DNA of 64,000 nucleotides from Thermodesulfobacteriota bacterium. Its GTDB lineage: Bacteria; Desulfobacterota_D; UBA1144; Nemesobacterales; UBA2774. The stretch spans positions 2,976,001-3,040,000 of the forward strand of contig OZ244197.1 in the NCBI GenBank assembly GCA_965216785.1. The letters run 5' to 3'. This document shows positions 1 through 8,970 of this stretch, piece after piece; positions within the stretch are counted from its first letter, which is position 1, and each line of letters begins with the position of its first letter. Below the pieces are notes generated by a model. The model was not told where the DNA came from. It saw only the letters and a program-made list of their open reading frames with translations, and searched no databases. A program made the translations under genes and the position numbers.

Positions 1-1167
1 ATCTTCTTCGCTTGTTTCCTCTAAGAGAAGATTATCTTCTTCAAAAATATCAACTACAACTTCATAACCGAACTCTTCGGCTACCAAAGTCGCGGTTTCG
101 TGATCGAGGGCCTGGTTCAATGTTGCCTTAACACCCAGGGAAATTAGTTTTTTGATAAGGTCTCCGGCCTTAACGCTCATGAGCTTTGCCAGCTCGCCAA
201 GGTTTATGGATTCCCCTATTTTTACAACTCTTTTTGACGGTTTTGCTGTAAATGGTATTACTTCAGCTGAATCAGTTGTCGCCTGTAAGGGTTGCCTTGT
301 TCTTGCCGAATCCCTGCCCCCTTTATCAAAGCGCCTATCCCGCTGAGCATTTCCCGCTTGAGGGCGGGTTCTGGGGCGTCTGTCATCAACCAGGTATTCT
401 CTTTTTCTACCCGGAAGTTTAGTTCTAAACGCCTTTCTCAATTCCTCCAGCGTATCCTCATCTATAATCTCCTCACGCTTCGGTTTGACCCTCTTAGTTT
501 TTTTCTTGAACTTTTTAGCAGCCTCTTCAGGGGTATCCTTAGCTTCCCCCTTAGCACCGTCTGTCTGATCTTCTTTACCCTCAAGAGGTTTATCCTCTTC
601 TTTTTTAGCTTCCTCTATTTGTTCAGATTCTAACTTCTGCTCCGGCTCCTGAGTTTCTAGAGCGTCAGAGGCCAGTTCTTCTGGGATTTGGCTTTTTGCT
701 TCTTCCGACACATCGGAAAGCTCTGCCTGTTGCTCCTCTGACTCCGGAGTCTTGGCCTCAAGCTCAGTTTGGGATGTATCTATCTCTTTTGATGCGGTGG
801 CTTCTTCTGTTAATTCGGCATCAGGCGTTTGAGCGGCGTCCTGCTCTATTTCAGGCTCAATTGGCTCGTCGAGTTTTTTCTTTCTCCGAAGCACAACTCG
901 CGCCCCTTTCCTTCTCTCAACCACCTCGGCGCCCGACTCTGACTTAAATACTCTTACTTTTTCCTGTTCCTCAGCCTGCGGGTCTTTAGCTTTAGGCTCG
1001 GACTTATCCGCTGAACCGATCTTGTCGATTATCCTTTTAGCTTCCTCGTCAGATATAGAGCTTGCGTGACTTTTTACCGAAATGCCAAGACCTTTTGCTA
1101 CGTTCAATATCTCTTTATTGGTTTTATCAAGGTCTCGCGAGAGCTCATACACTCTTACATTTGCCAT
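1..1167 (-). CDS. infB: Translation initiation factor IF-2, N-terminal part (runs off the window edge)
   Basis: Minus-strand ATG at 1167 reads MANVRVYELSRDL...GISVKSHASSI (IF2_N). A charged linker follows, then a second IF2_N-like segment (LGELAKLMSVKAGDLIKKLISLG...NQALD). Lies downstream of rimP-nusA. Absent from the ORF track because no stop falls in the window. Confidence 0.95.
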   Translation of the reverse strand, partial: MANVRVYELSRDLDKTNKEILNVAKGLGISVKSHASSISDEEAKRIIDKIGSADKSEPKAKDPQAEEQEKVRVFKSESGAEVVERRKGARVVLRRKKKLDEPIEPEIEQDAAQTPDAELTEEATASKEIDTSQTELEAKTPESEEQQAELSDVSEEAKSQIPEELASDALETQEPEQKLESEQIEEAKKEEDKPLEGKEDQTDGAKGEAKDTPEEAAKKFKKKTKRVKPKREEIIDEDTLEELRKAFRTKLPGRKREYLVDDRRPRTRPQAGNAQRDRRFDKGGRDSARTRQPLQATTDSAEVIPFTAKPSKRVVKIGESINLGELAKLMSVKAGDLIKKLISLGVKATLNQALDHETATLVAEEFGYEVVVDIFEEDNLLLEETSEED

Positions 1168-1489
1168 ATACAATTACACCTTCACTTTATCAAAACTTTA
1201 TTTTACACTTTATGAAAACTTTATTTGCATTTTATTAATACTTTTTTCGCGCTTTTCCAATACTATTTTCAGATTACAGAAACCACCTTGCACGTAAACT
1301 AAACTTCATTGCCTAAAATATTAAGTATATCCGAGTTAGAGTACCAAAAATTAACCCAGTATGCAAAAAAACAACCATGTGCTTAATTCTATATAAGCTA
1401 CTTATCTAATGCTAAAATCCCCTTTACACCAGCCCTCTAATAACCCGGTGCTTTAATACCAATACGGTTATGGAGTTTAGATATAGAGC

Positions 1490-2917
1490 TTATTCCTGCT
1501 CCGGCAGAGCTTTCTCTTCTGACTCCGGCGCTTGCTCAAGCTCGGTCTCTGTATCCGCAACAGGCTCGGTTTCAGTTGCGAGTTCGGCGTCGGGGGCAGA
1601 CTCGATTTCCGGAGCAGATTCGTCGTCCGGAGCGGGTTCCTCATCAGTGAACGTCATTTGCTCCAGTTTGTCCTTGAGAGCGAATCTGGCTGCAGTCTGT
1701 AGTTTTTCCGCCTCTTCTTCGTCTTTCAGGCCGCCGGCTTTTATTAAAGCTTCGGGATCGGCAAAAGCTACATCTTCTAAATTCTGAAATCCTTCTGAAT
1801 ATAATAGGTTAGCCGTAACTTCTTTTACATTTGGAAGTGACATAAGCAGTGATACGATTTCATTCTGCTCCAGCTTGACTTGCGAGTCCGTCTTTATATC
1901 TATCTTCCAGTCAGTAAGCTGTGAGGCAAGTCTCACGTTCTGTCCCCTGCGCCCGATTGCAAGCGAAAGCTGATCATCGTCCACTATAATTTCCATCGCC
2001 TTATTTTCGTCATCGATTATAACCTTATTCACCCGCGCAGGTGAAAGCGCATTGCAAGCGAATCTCGCATGATCAGGAGACCACGGCACAATATCAATTT
2101 TCTCGCCCTTTAGCTCCTGTATTACGTTTTGAACCCTAGCTCCACGCATACCCACGCATGCGCCGACAGGGTCTACATCGGGGTCAATTGAAGTAACGGC
2201 AATTTTAGTTCTACCACCGGCATCCCTTGAGATAGCTTTAATGTTGACGATTTGCTCCCCTATCTCGGGCACTTCGGATTCAAAGAGCTTTCTTACAAAA
2301 TCCCTGTGAGAGCGCGACAGTATTAGCTGCGGGCCCCTCTTTGTCTCTTTAATATCTATAAGTATTGCTCTAAGGCGCTCTTTAGGTTTATAGTATTCTC
2401 TCGGAACCTGGTGCTCAGGAGGGAGAAACGCTTCAGTTCTGCCCAAATCCACTATTATGTTCCTTCGCTCCACCCTTCTTACAATACCGCTTATAAGCTC
2501 GCCTTTACGATTTTTAAATTCCTCGTATATTACTTTTCCTTCCGCTTCTTTTATGCTTTGTAGTATGCGCTGTTTTGCGTTTTGAATAGCAATTCTAGTG
2601 AACTCGGGATTTATAGTTACACCTATCTGGTCTCCGACTTCAGCTTCGGGGTCAAGTGTTTGAGCTTCTTCCATATCTATTTCAGACTCTGAGTCCTCTA
2701 CACTCTCAACTACCGTTTTAAACTCAAACAGCTCCACATCCCCGTCCTCGTCATTAAAATGGACTTCGAGCTCCTTATCCATGTCCTGCATACGGTAGAG
2801 CTTCTGTGCTGCGGACAAAACCGCTTCTTCAACAGCCATGACTATCTCGTCCCTGTTGATGCCCTTGTCCTTACATACAGAATCCATTACTCGGCTAAGT
2901 TCGGTCATTACTGCCAT
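1490..2917 (-). CDS. nusA: Transcription termination/antitermination factor NusA
   Basis: S1 and KH motifs (DPVGACVGMRGARVQ, LSLAIGRRGQNVRLAS), acidic C-terminal extension, rimP-nusA-infB synteny. Confidence 0.98.
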   Translation of the reverse strand: MAVMTELSRVMDSVCKDKGINRDEIVMAVEEAVLSAAQKLYRMQDMDKELEVHFNDEDGDVELFEFKTVVESVEDSESEIDMEEAQTLDPEAEVGDQIGVTINPEFTRIAIQNAKQRILQSIKEAEGKVIYEEFKNRKGELISGIVRRVERRNIIVDLGRTEAFLPPEHQVPREYYKPKERLRAILIDIKETKRGPQLILSRSHRDFVRKLFESEVPEIGEQIVNIKAISRDAGGRTKIAVTSIDPDVDPVGACVGMRGARVQNVIQELKGEKIDIVPWSPDHARFACNALSPARVNKVIIDDENKAMEIIVDDDQLSLAIGRRGQNVRLASQLTDWKIDIKTDSQVKLEQNEIVSLLMSLPNVKEVTANLLYSEGFQNLEDVAFADPEALIKAGGLKDEEEAEKLQTAARFALKDKLEQMTFTDEEPAPDDESAPEIESAPDAELATETEPVADTETELEQAPESEEKALPEQE

Positions 2918-2930
2918 TTTGATTCTCCCT

Positions 2931-3398
2931 CTATAGATCCAATTCCAAGTTCGCTTTTTCTATCTGACCAAACGGTATCTCATAGGTACCGTTTTCAGTT
3001 TCAACTGTTACTTTATCGTCTTTATATTGAATAAGCTTCCCTATAAACATATTCCTATCTTCAATCTCAACCTCTGTTTTAATCTTTACCTTCTTTCCCA
3101 GAAATCTTACGAATTCGACGGGATTTCTGAGCGCTCTTGTAAGCCCTGGTGAAGACACCTCAAGAGTGTAAGAGTCTTCAATCACATCGTGAACATCCAA
3201 GAGAGTTCCAAGCTCTCTGCTAACATTTGCGCAGTCATCTATAGTTACTCCCTGCTCGCTGTCTATATAAACTCTCAACATCCCCTTACGGCCCGTGCCC
3301 TTAAACACCAGATCGTACAACTCAAGCCTATATTCAGCTAATATCGGCCCTAAGAGCTCTTTAACATTGAATATTATGTCTTGATCTGAAGCGCTCAT
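2931..3398 (-). CDS. rimP: Ribosome maturation factor RimP
   Basis: LRVYID..GVTIDDC and YTLEVSSPG motifs; directly upstream of nusA. Confidence 0.97.
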   Translation of the reverse strand: MSASDQDIIFNVKELLGPILAEYRLELYDLVFKGTGRKGMLRVYIDSEQGVTIDDCANVSRELGTLLDVHDVIEDSYTLEVSSPGLTRALRNPVEFVRFLGKKVKIKTEVEIEDRNMFIGKLIQYKDDKVTVETENGTYEIPFGQIEKANLELDL

Positions 3399-3415
3399 TT
3401 AAAATTCATTAACCA

Positions 3416-3446
3416 ATAAAAAAAGCGGGTCAGACCCGCTTTTTAT
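3416..3446 (-). terminator. Terminator-like hairpin just upstream of rimP (rimP-leader-like)
   Basis: AAAAAGCGGGTC-A-GACCCGCTTTTT inverted repeat. On the minus strand it is followed by a T-run about 20 nt before the rimP ATG. Confidence 0.7.
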
Positions 3447-3606
3447 CATTTAAATACTACCCTATCAGAGAGGATAGAGCAAGAAACGTCCGCTGTCAAA
3501 GAAATTGTGTTTAAACCACAATAATTGTCAAAATCTTATTCAACAAATCAATATAATCCAAATACGGTAATATAGCTCAAAAGATGTATAAGTATAAACC
3601 CAGCGT

Positions 3607-5688
3607 TTAATTGCTCTGAAGTTTCTTTCTAAGCTCACTGACCAAGTGCTTTAGCTCTGAAAGCTCTTTGGCAGACTTTACATCACCAAACCTGATTTTG
3701 AGGTATTTATCTGTGACTCGCCTAAGAACAGTATAATCCTGTCCACCCCTTTTAATAACGTAGTCAGAAAACTCCCCCGGAGTCATAGAGGCGGGTTTAT
3801 CATAGCCCCTTTTCGAAAGATATTTAAGCACCTTTTGGTATTGAATTGATGCTTTATCTGAGACGGTATCATTTCTGGATCCTATAATGTGCAAGAAAGC
3901 CGGTTTTTTAACGAATAGCCAGAGCCCCAATAGGGCAGCGGCAATTATAGCTAATGAACTTTTGTTAAATGAGAGTCCAATACTCGGGGGGCTCATGAAT
4001 TTACGCTTCTGCCAATTGACCGAGTTTTCTATCCCGCTCAGTATCTTTATCTGGTCCCCTTGGTTGAAATCGACCACGTAGCGCTGCCATCTGAACTTTA
4101 AGTAGTCAATATACGTAAGAGCAAACCAGCGGTCCCTTAGGTGAAAAGCGCTCTCTGCCTCAGGTGTGGCGTCAAAGGTAACCCAGCCGTATGAGGGGAA
4201 ATATACTTCCGCCCAAGAATGGGCGTCACTTTCGCGCACCAGGTAAAACTCACCGTGCGGGTTCCACTCCCCACCCACAAATCCGTTTACTATTCGCGCG
4301 GGAACCCCTGCTTCCCTTAGTAATATGGCCATCGCCGTCGCGAAGTATTCACAGTGCCCTACCTTTTTTTCGAATAGAAAGTCTTCGAGAGGGCTGTCTA
4401 TTGAGGATGTGCCAAGAGTCCTGGTGTACTCGAAATTCTCTAAAAGATAGAGCTTTATAGAAAGGGCTTTGTCATAGGGAGTTTGGTCATTCTCCGTAAT
4501 TTCGCGGGCGAGCTCAGTGAGTTTTGAGATACCATGATCCAGTTGTAAGAACTGCGCTCTTATATCCTCGGGATATTCAGCGCCGTCATTACTGAGCATA
4601 GCGCTCGATGGTGTGTGGGTATCTGAATAAGCGTAATATTTCATTCTCCCAGAGACCCCTCCCAATAGCATGTAGGAATCGTTGATACGCTCAAGCCTCC
4701 TTCTGCCCTTTGCTTTAAAGCCCATTGGCTTTTCCGCTGCAAAGAGGATATTCGAATCAAGTGGCTCTGTAACAATCTCCTGTTGCAGCAGCTTATTGGA
4801 GCTTTCCCCTGTTCTAAATACACCTCCTCCCTGTGCATTGTGAAGCCTATACCCCTGCCCGCTCGATTTCCACTTTGTGCCGTCAAAGTGATCAAGCGCA
4901 ATCCCTCTCCAGTAAATTGGGATCGGGACGGATACTTCAGCAGGGTTTAATATATGGACTCTCATTACAGCAGAATCGTCAAGCTTAATCTCGCCCACTC
5001 GTCCGAGAGTAACTTCTTCAGAAAAACCGCTTCTGAGCTCTCTTTGGTTTAAGAATGAGCCCGCGAAAAACCCTGACTTTACACGTGGTACAGATACGAA
5101 TATCAGCGCCGCAATTATAAAAATACAAAAGCTTAAGATAAAAGTGGTGCTTAAAAACAGGGGAGTAACAACTTTTGGGTCTTGACTCCCGGGACTATTG
5201 TAGTCCGAAGGGCTCTTTTGATCTACAGCCTCCTTATTCATCGAGTAGACCATAACGGCCCATATCGCAACCGCAATATAAAAAAGAAATACAACCCCGT
5301 ATGAGAAGCTCACGGTAAGCACCGTGCCCGCTAAGAACTGAAAGAAGCTAAGTAGGTATATCTGCATTACATCCCTTGAGCTTTTACTGCCGAGTAGTTT
5401 TAGAATTTGGGTGTAGATTAGAAAGTCCAGAAGGCCTGTAATAATTTCTACACCCAAGAATAGAATGTTGAATCCCACGTAGAGGATAAGAAGCACTGCC
5501 AGGAGTGAAGTTGTGCCGCTACCCAGGTAATAGCCTTTTTCGTAGCTTTCATTTATAAAACTGAGCGCTAACGAAAGAGAAAATAGTACAATTGTGAATA
5601 GTGACACTACCCCAGTAATTGACAGCGCCACAAAGCCCGAGAGCGCGATCAGATGGGTGAATAAGATGAGCGCCTGAGAGATTCTCAT
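3607..5688 (-). CDS. Membrane transglutaminase-like protein (DUF3488 / transglutaminase core / DUF4129, TgpA-like)
   Basis: N-terminal TM helices, YWRG..D.FDG motif, catalytic motifs GHCEYFATAM, AHSWAEVY and FDATP. Confidence 0.9.
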   Translation of the reverse strand: MRISQALILFTHLIALSGFVALSITGVVSLFTIVLFSLSLALSFINESYEKGYYLGSGTTSLLAVLLILYVGFNILFLGVEIITGLLDFLIYTQILKLLGSKSSRDVMQIYLLSFFQFLAGTVLTVSFSYGVVFLFYIAVAIWAVMVYSMNKEAVDQKSPSDYNSPGSQDPKVVTPLFLSTTFILSFCIFIIAALIFVSVPRVKSGFFAGSFLNQRELRSGFSEEVTLGRVGEIKLDDSAVMRVHILNPAEVSVPIPIYWRGIALDHFDGTKWKSSGQGYRLHNAQGGGVFRTGESSNKLLQQEIVTEPLDSNILFAAEKPMGFKAKGRRRLERINDSYMLLGGVSGRMKYYAYSDTHTPSSAMLSNDGAEYPEDIRAQFLQLDHGISKLTELAREITENDQTPYDKALSIKLYLLENFEYTRTLGTSSIDSPLEDFLFEKKVGHCEYFATAMAILLREAGVPARIVNGFVGGEWNPHGEFYLVRESDAHSWAEVYFPSYGWVTFDATPEAESAFHLRDRWFALTYIDYLKFRWQRYVVDFNQGDQIKILSGIENSVNWQKRKFMSPPSIGLSFNKSSLAIIAAALLGLWLFVKKPAFLHIIGSRNDTVSDKASIQYQKVLKYLSKRGYDKPASMTPGEFSDYVIKRGGQDYTVLRRVTDKYLKIRFGDVKSAKELSELKHLVSELRKKLQSN

Positions 5689-5832
5689 ACCGTAGTAATA
5701 ATTCTATAGCTTGGATAAAGCAGTGTAAACTAAAAAACACTCAGCTCTTAAGGGATGGATACCGCGCTTTTGTTCCTAAATCTAGCGCTTTTAGATTAGA
5801 TCAACTTTATTTCAATTTACAAAGACCGCTCG

Positions 5833-6249
5833 TCAGCGGTGGGTACCCTGATATCTTGATTTGATTTTGTGTAAAGTTTCTATTTGCTCCGGGGTTAGCA
5901 CGCCTTTTACCTGCAGAAACATCTGAACTTTTATTCTGGTTAAAGCTGCTTTTATATCCTCAATTTCATCGATCAGCCTCAATACTTCCTCGTTGTTGGA
6001 ATCAGTCGTGTTTAGCTTTTTACCTAGCTGGATCTCCTTTTGGCGGAGCTCCTTCTGATACCTTAATATCTTATTTTTATTTGAGTTAAAAATCCTTTCT
6101 ATGGAGTCAGACTGAGATCTAGTAAGCCCCATTTCACTTGCGATGTTTGGGTTTTTCCACCACTTATAATTCGATTTGCTTCCGTAGTACGCGTAAGCGC
6201 TGAAGCTGATAAAGTAGATCAGAACAAAAAATACTAAAGATACTCTCAA
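5833..6249 (-). CDS. Spy/CpxP-like periplasmic protein
   Basis: Signal peptide, WW..P..A.EMGLT..Q segment, C-terminal VLTPEQ (LTxxQ) motif. Confidence 0.75.
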   Translation of the reverse strand: MRVSLVFFVLIYFISFSAYAYYGSKSNYKWWKNPNIASEMGLTRSQSDSIERIFNSNKNKILRYQKELRQKEIQLGKKLNTTDSNNEEVLRLIDEIEDIKAALTRIKVQMFLQVKGVLTPEQIETLHKIKSRYQGTHR

Positions 6250-6746
6250 TTCATACCTCCATTACCATTTGCATCAAAGCTGTTATCCCAAGGGCCGTAT
6301 ATTGCTAGCAGCTCAGACGTCTCAGAATTAGTTGCCCTATCAAGCTCACTTAGTATTATTTCATCTTTCTCATCTCCGCTTCTGAACACCCCGTCCAGCG
6401 TGCCGGGCCCTAGTAGCGCGAACGTGAATATGCCGACTATAAATACGGTCGCCAGTGCGCCGCTTACCGCTAGCTTGGGCTTGAAACCCCTTAACCAGCC
6501 AAAGAACCCTGCTTTGGCCTTATCCTCTTCGGCTGATACTTTATTCCAAAACTCGGTAACGAACCCGCGCTCAGGCTCGATCTCATCCCAGGAATCCAGC
6601 GTATCCCAGAGTCTTTCTGAGCGAATGAAGTATTGTTCACACCCATTGCAGTCCCTTACGTGCTCATCGACTAAAACCTTCTCGGCCTCTTCTATATCAC
6701 CTGAGGAATAGCGTACGATTAATTCCTTAATGCTTCTACACTCCAT
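6246..6746 (-). CDS. Zinc-finger (ZAS) anti-sigma factor
   Basis: HxxxCxxC (HVRDCNGC) plus one TM helix; overlaps the end of the ECF sigma gene. Confidence 0.88.
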   Translation of the reverse strand: MECRSIKELIVRYSSGDIEEAEKVLVDEHVRDCNGCEQYFIRSERLWDTLDSWDEIEPERGFVTEFWNKVSAEEDKAKAGFFGWLRGFKPKLAVSGALATVFIVGIFTFALLGPGTLDGVFRSGDEKDEIILSELDRATNSETSELLAIYGPWDNSFDANGNGGMN

Positions 6747-7308
6747 AGCCTCCTCCTTTCGATAAATGAGGTTCCAATATGTCTATCAGCTTCATCCTTC
6801 CTCTGTGGACGTAGGCTTTGACCGCGCCCACTGTACATTCCAGCACTTCCGATACCTCTTCATATGAAAACCCTTCATATTTACATAGCATAATAGCAAC
6901 TTTCTCTCTTTCAGGCAAAGACTCCAAAGCCTTAAATATATGTTCTTTCATCTCTTTCCTATAAATTATATCATCCGTTATCTGTACTCGTCTGTCCTCT
7001 ATATTCCCTCTGGTCTCTTCAATCTCATCTAGACTCAGGTTCTTAGGTCTTCCCTTAAGGTGGGTAATACTCACGTTTGTAGCGATTTTATATAGCCATG
7101 TAGAGAACTTAGCCTCGGGTCTATAATTCTTAGCCGAGCGGTAAACGCGGAAAAAAACTTCCTGTGCTAGATCTTCTGAGTTATCTCTCATATTCGTAAA
7201 CCTATATATATAATTCACCACCCCTTTATAATGCCTTTTCATGAGCTCGCTGAATGCACCATCATCCCCGGCTTTTGTCCTCAACATAAGCTCTATATCG
7301 CTTTGCAT
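6736..7308 (-). CDS. ECF RNA polymerase sigma factor
   Basis: Region 2 EDLAQEVF..FSTWLYKIATN; region 4 SYEEVSEVLECTVGAVK..HRGR. Confidence 0.93.
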   Translation of the reverse strand: MQSDIELMLRTKAGDDGAFSELMKRHYKGVVNYIYRFTNMRDNSEDLAQEVFFRVYRSAKNYRPEAKFSTWLYKIATNVSITHLKGRPKNLSLDEIEETRGNIEDRRVQITDDIIYRKEMKEHIFKALESLPEREKVAIMLCKYEGFSYEEVSEVLECTVGAVKAYVHRGRMKLIDILEPHLSKGGGYGV

Positions 7309-7336
7309 ATGAATGCCAGACTAGCTTTATTAATTA

Positions 7337-7364
7337 CTAACCACGAAGTTCCGAAAAAGTTGCA
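7337..7364 (-). promoter_or_regulatory. Possible ECF-type autoregulatory promoter
   Basis: Minus strand TGCAAC-N16-GGTTAG about 30 nt upstream of the ECF gene; only loosely matches the ECF AAC/(C)GT pattern. Confidence 0.35.
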
Positions 7365-7493
7365 GGTTTTAACACACTTATATGAGTTTTGATGTTTAAA
7401 TATCAAATTTTGCATATCGTAATTAGGCTTGAAACCATCTATGGGAATCCAAATTTAAGGTTGTTAAAATATGAATCCTAACATATTGAGAAC

Positions 7494-8066
7494 CTATTTC
7501 TTTTTAAGTCTTTCGAGATATTCACCGGTTCTTGTGTCGACCTTTATTACGTCCCCTATATCTATAAATAGAGGAACCTGTATAGTGGCTCCGGATTCAA
7601 GCTTGGCTGGCTTGGTGCCTCCGGACACGGTATCCCCTTTTACGCCCGGCTCTGTTTCCGACACCTCTATTTCAACAGCCGTCGGAAGCTCAACACCCGA
7701 GGGCTCATCATTAAAATAAAGAATGTTTACTTCCTGCTGCTCCTTTAAAAATTTTGCGGAATCTCCCACCTGCTCGGGGCTTAACGTGTGCTGCTCGTAG
7801 GATTCCATGTCCATAAAATTAAACCCAACATCGTCTTTATATAGAAACTGCATGTTCTTCCTTTCCATATCTGGCACTGTAAAACTGTCTCCGGAGCGGA
7901 AATTTTTCTCCTGCACGGCGCCTGTGGCCAGGTTTCTCATCTTCGTTTTCATCACGGCGCTTCTCTGCGCAACTTTTGAGTGGCGGTATTCGATTATTTC
8001 CCATATTTCCCCTTCAAACTCTATTTTAAGCCCCTTATGAAACCTGTTTGTTTCAACAACTCCCAT
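7494..8066 (-). CDS. efp: Elongation factor P
   Basis: MQFLY, TEPGVKGDT..GGTKPA.LESG..IQVPLFI and VDTRTGEY motifs. Confidence 0.97.
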   Translation of the reverse strand: MGVVETNRFHKGLKIEFEGEIWEIIEYRHSKVAQRSAVMKTKMRNLATGAVQEKNFRSGDSFTVPDMERKNMQFLYKDDVGFNFMDMESYEQHTLSPEQVGDSAKFLKEQQEVNILYFNDEPSGVELPTAVEIEVSETEPGVKGDTVSGGTKPAKLESGATIQVPLFIDIGDVIKVDTRTGEYLERLKKK

Positions 8067-8112
8067 TTTCAGTACTACCTCCTTGGATGCATTTAATCCA
8101 TTAATGCGGGAA

Positions 8113-8325
8113 CTAATTCAACCCGCCTTTTATATCCTCGCAAACCTCTGACTCTTCATCGTACTCATCATTTTCATCCGGAATTTTATAATCCTCAGAC
8201 GCCCAGGCCCCGAGATCCAGCATTTTGCAGCGCTCAGAGCAAAAAGGTCTCCATATATTCCCATCCCACTTAGTTATCTTCCTACATCCGGGGCATTTCA
8301 TAGTCTTTGAGCTCTGCATATTCAT
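8113..8325 (-). CDS. yacG: DNA gyrase inhibitor YacG
   Basis: CPGC...[17 protein letters not shown] motif. Confidence 0.93.
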   Translation of the reverse strand: MNMQSSKTMKCPGCRKITKWDGNIWRPFCSERCKMLDLGAWASEDYKIPDENDEYDEESEVCEDIKGGLN

Positions 8326-8361
8326 CTTAATATTTTAGATAAAAACATTTACTATTCATAT

Positions 8362-8967
8362 TTATTTATGAGAACTCTCATTCTTTGAGGATTCTTTTTT
8401 ATTACTAAACGCTTCGTCGATGAGCTCACATATTATATGAGCGATCGTTATGTGAAGCTCCTGAATCCTCGCTGTAGTTTTAGACGGCACACTGATGCAA
8501 CAGTCTGTAAGTCTCCTCACTTTGGACTTATCGGAACCCACAAGAGCTATAGTTTTTAACTCCATCGATTTTGCGGTTTTAAGAGCCTTAATCACGTTGG
8601 GGGACTTCCCTCCTGTGGACAGAGCAAGCGCGACATCTCCTTTTTTCCCAAGAGCCTCAATTTGTCTTGAGAATACGTTTTCGAAAGAGCCGTCATTTGA
8701 AACACTAGTTAATATAGAGCCGTCAGTCGTAAGCGCGATCGCAGAAAGAGCTTTTCTCTTAAGAGCATACTTATTCACAAGCTCAGCCGCTATATGCTGT
8801 GAATCCGAGGCGCTCCCGCCGTTTCCAAATATCAAGAGCTTATTGCCCGACTTAAAGGCTTTTTGTAGAATTACCGCTGCCTCTTCCACGTCATTAGCCG
8901 ATTCTTTCGCAAACTGAAGCTTTAGATCGGCGCTTTCTCTAAGTATCGATACTATACATTCTTTCAT
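8362..8967 (-). CDS. gmhA: Phosphoheptose (sedoheptulose-7-phosphate) isomerase, SIS domain
   Basis: GNGGSASDSQHIAAEL, FSRQIEALG, ARIQELHITIAH motifs. Confidence 0.9.
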   Translation of the reverse strand: MKECIVSILRESADLKLQFAKESANDVEEAAVILQKAFKSGNKLLIFGNGGSASDSQHIAAELVNKYALKRKALSAIALTTDGSILTSVSNDGSFENVFSRQIEALGKKGDVALALSTGGKSPNVIKALKTAKSMELKTIALVGSDKSKVRRLTDCCISVPSKTTARIQELHITIAHIICELIDEAFSNKKESSKNESSHK

Positions 8968-8970
8968 GTT

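Noticed and set aside
152-1297. Plus-strand ORFs over 152-1297
   Set aside because: Antisense shadows of infB.
1168-1489. ylxR/L7Ae gene expected between nusA and infB
   Set aside because: No ORF or motif recognisable; AT-rich intergenic region.
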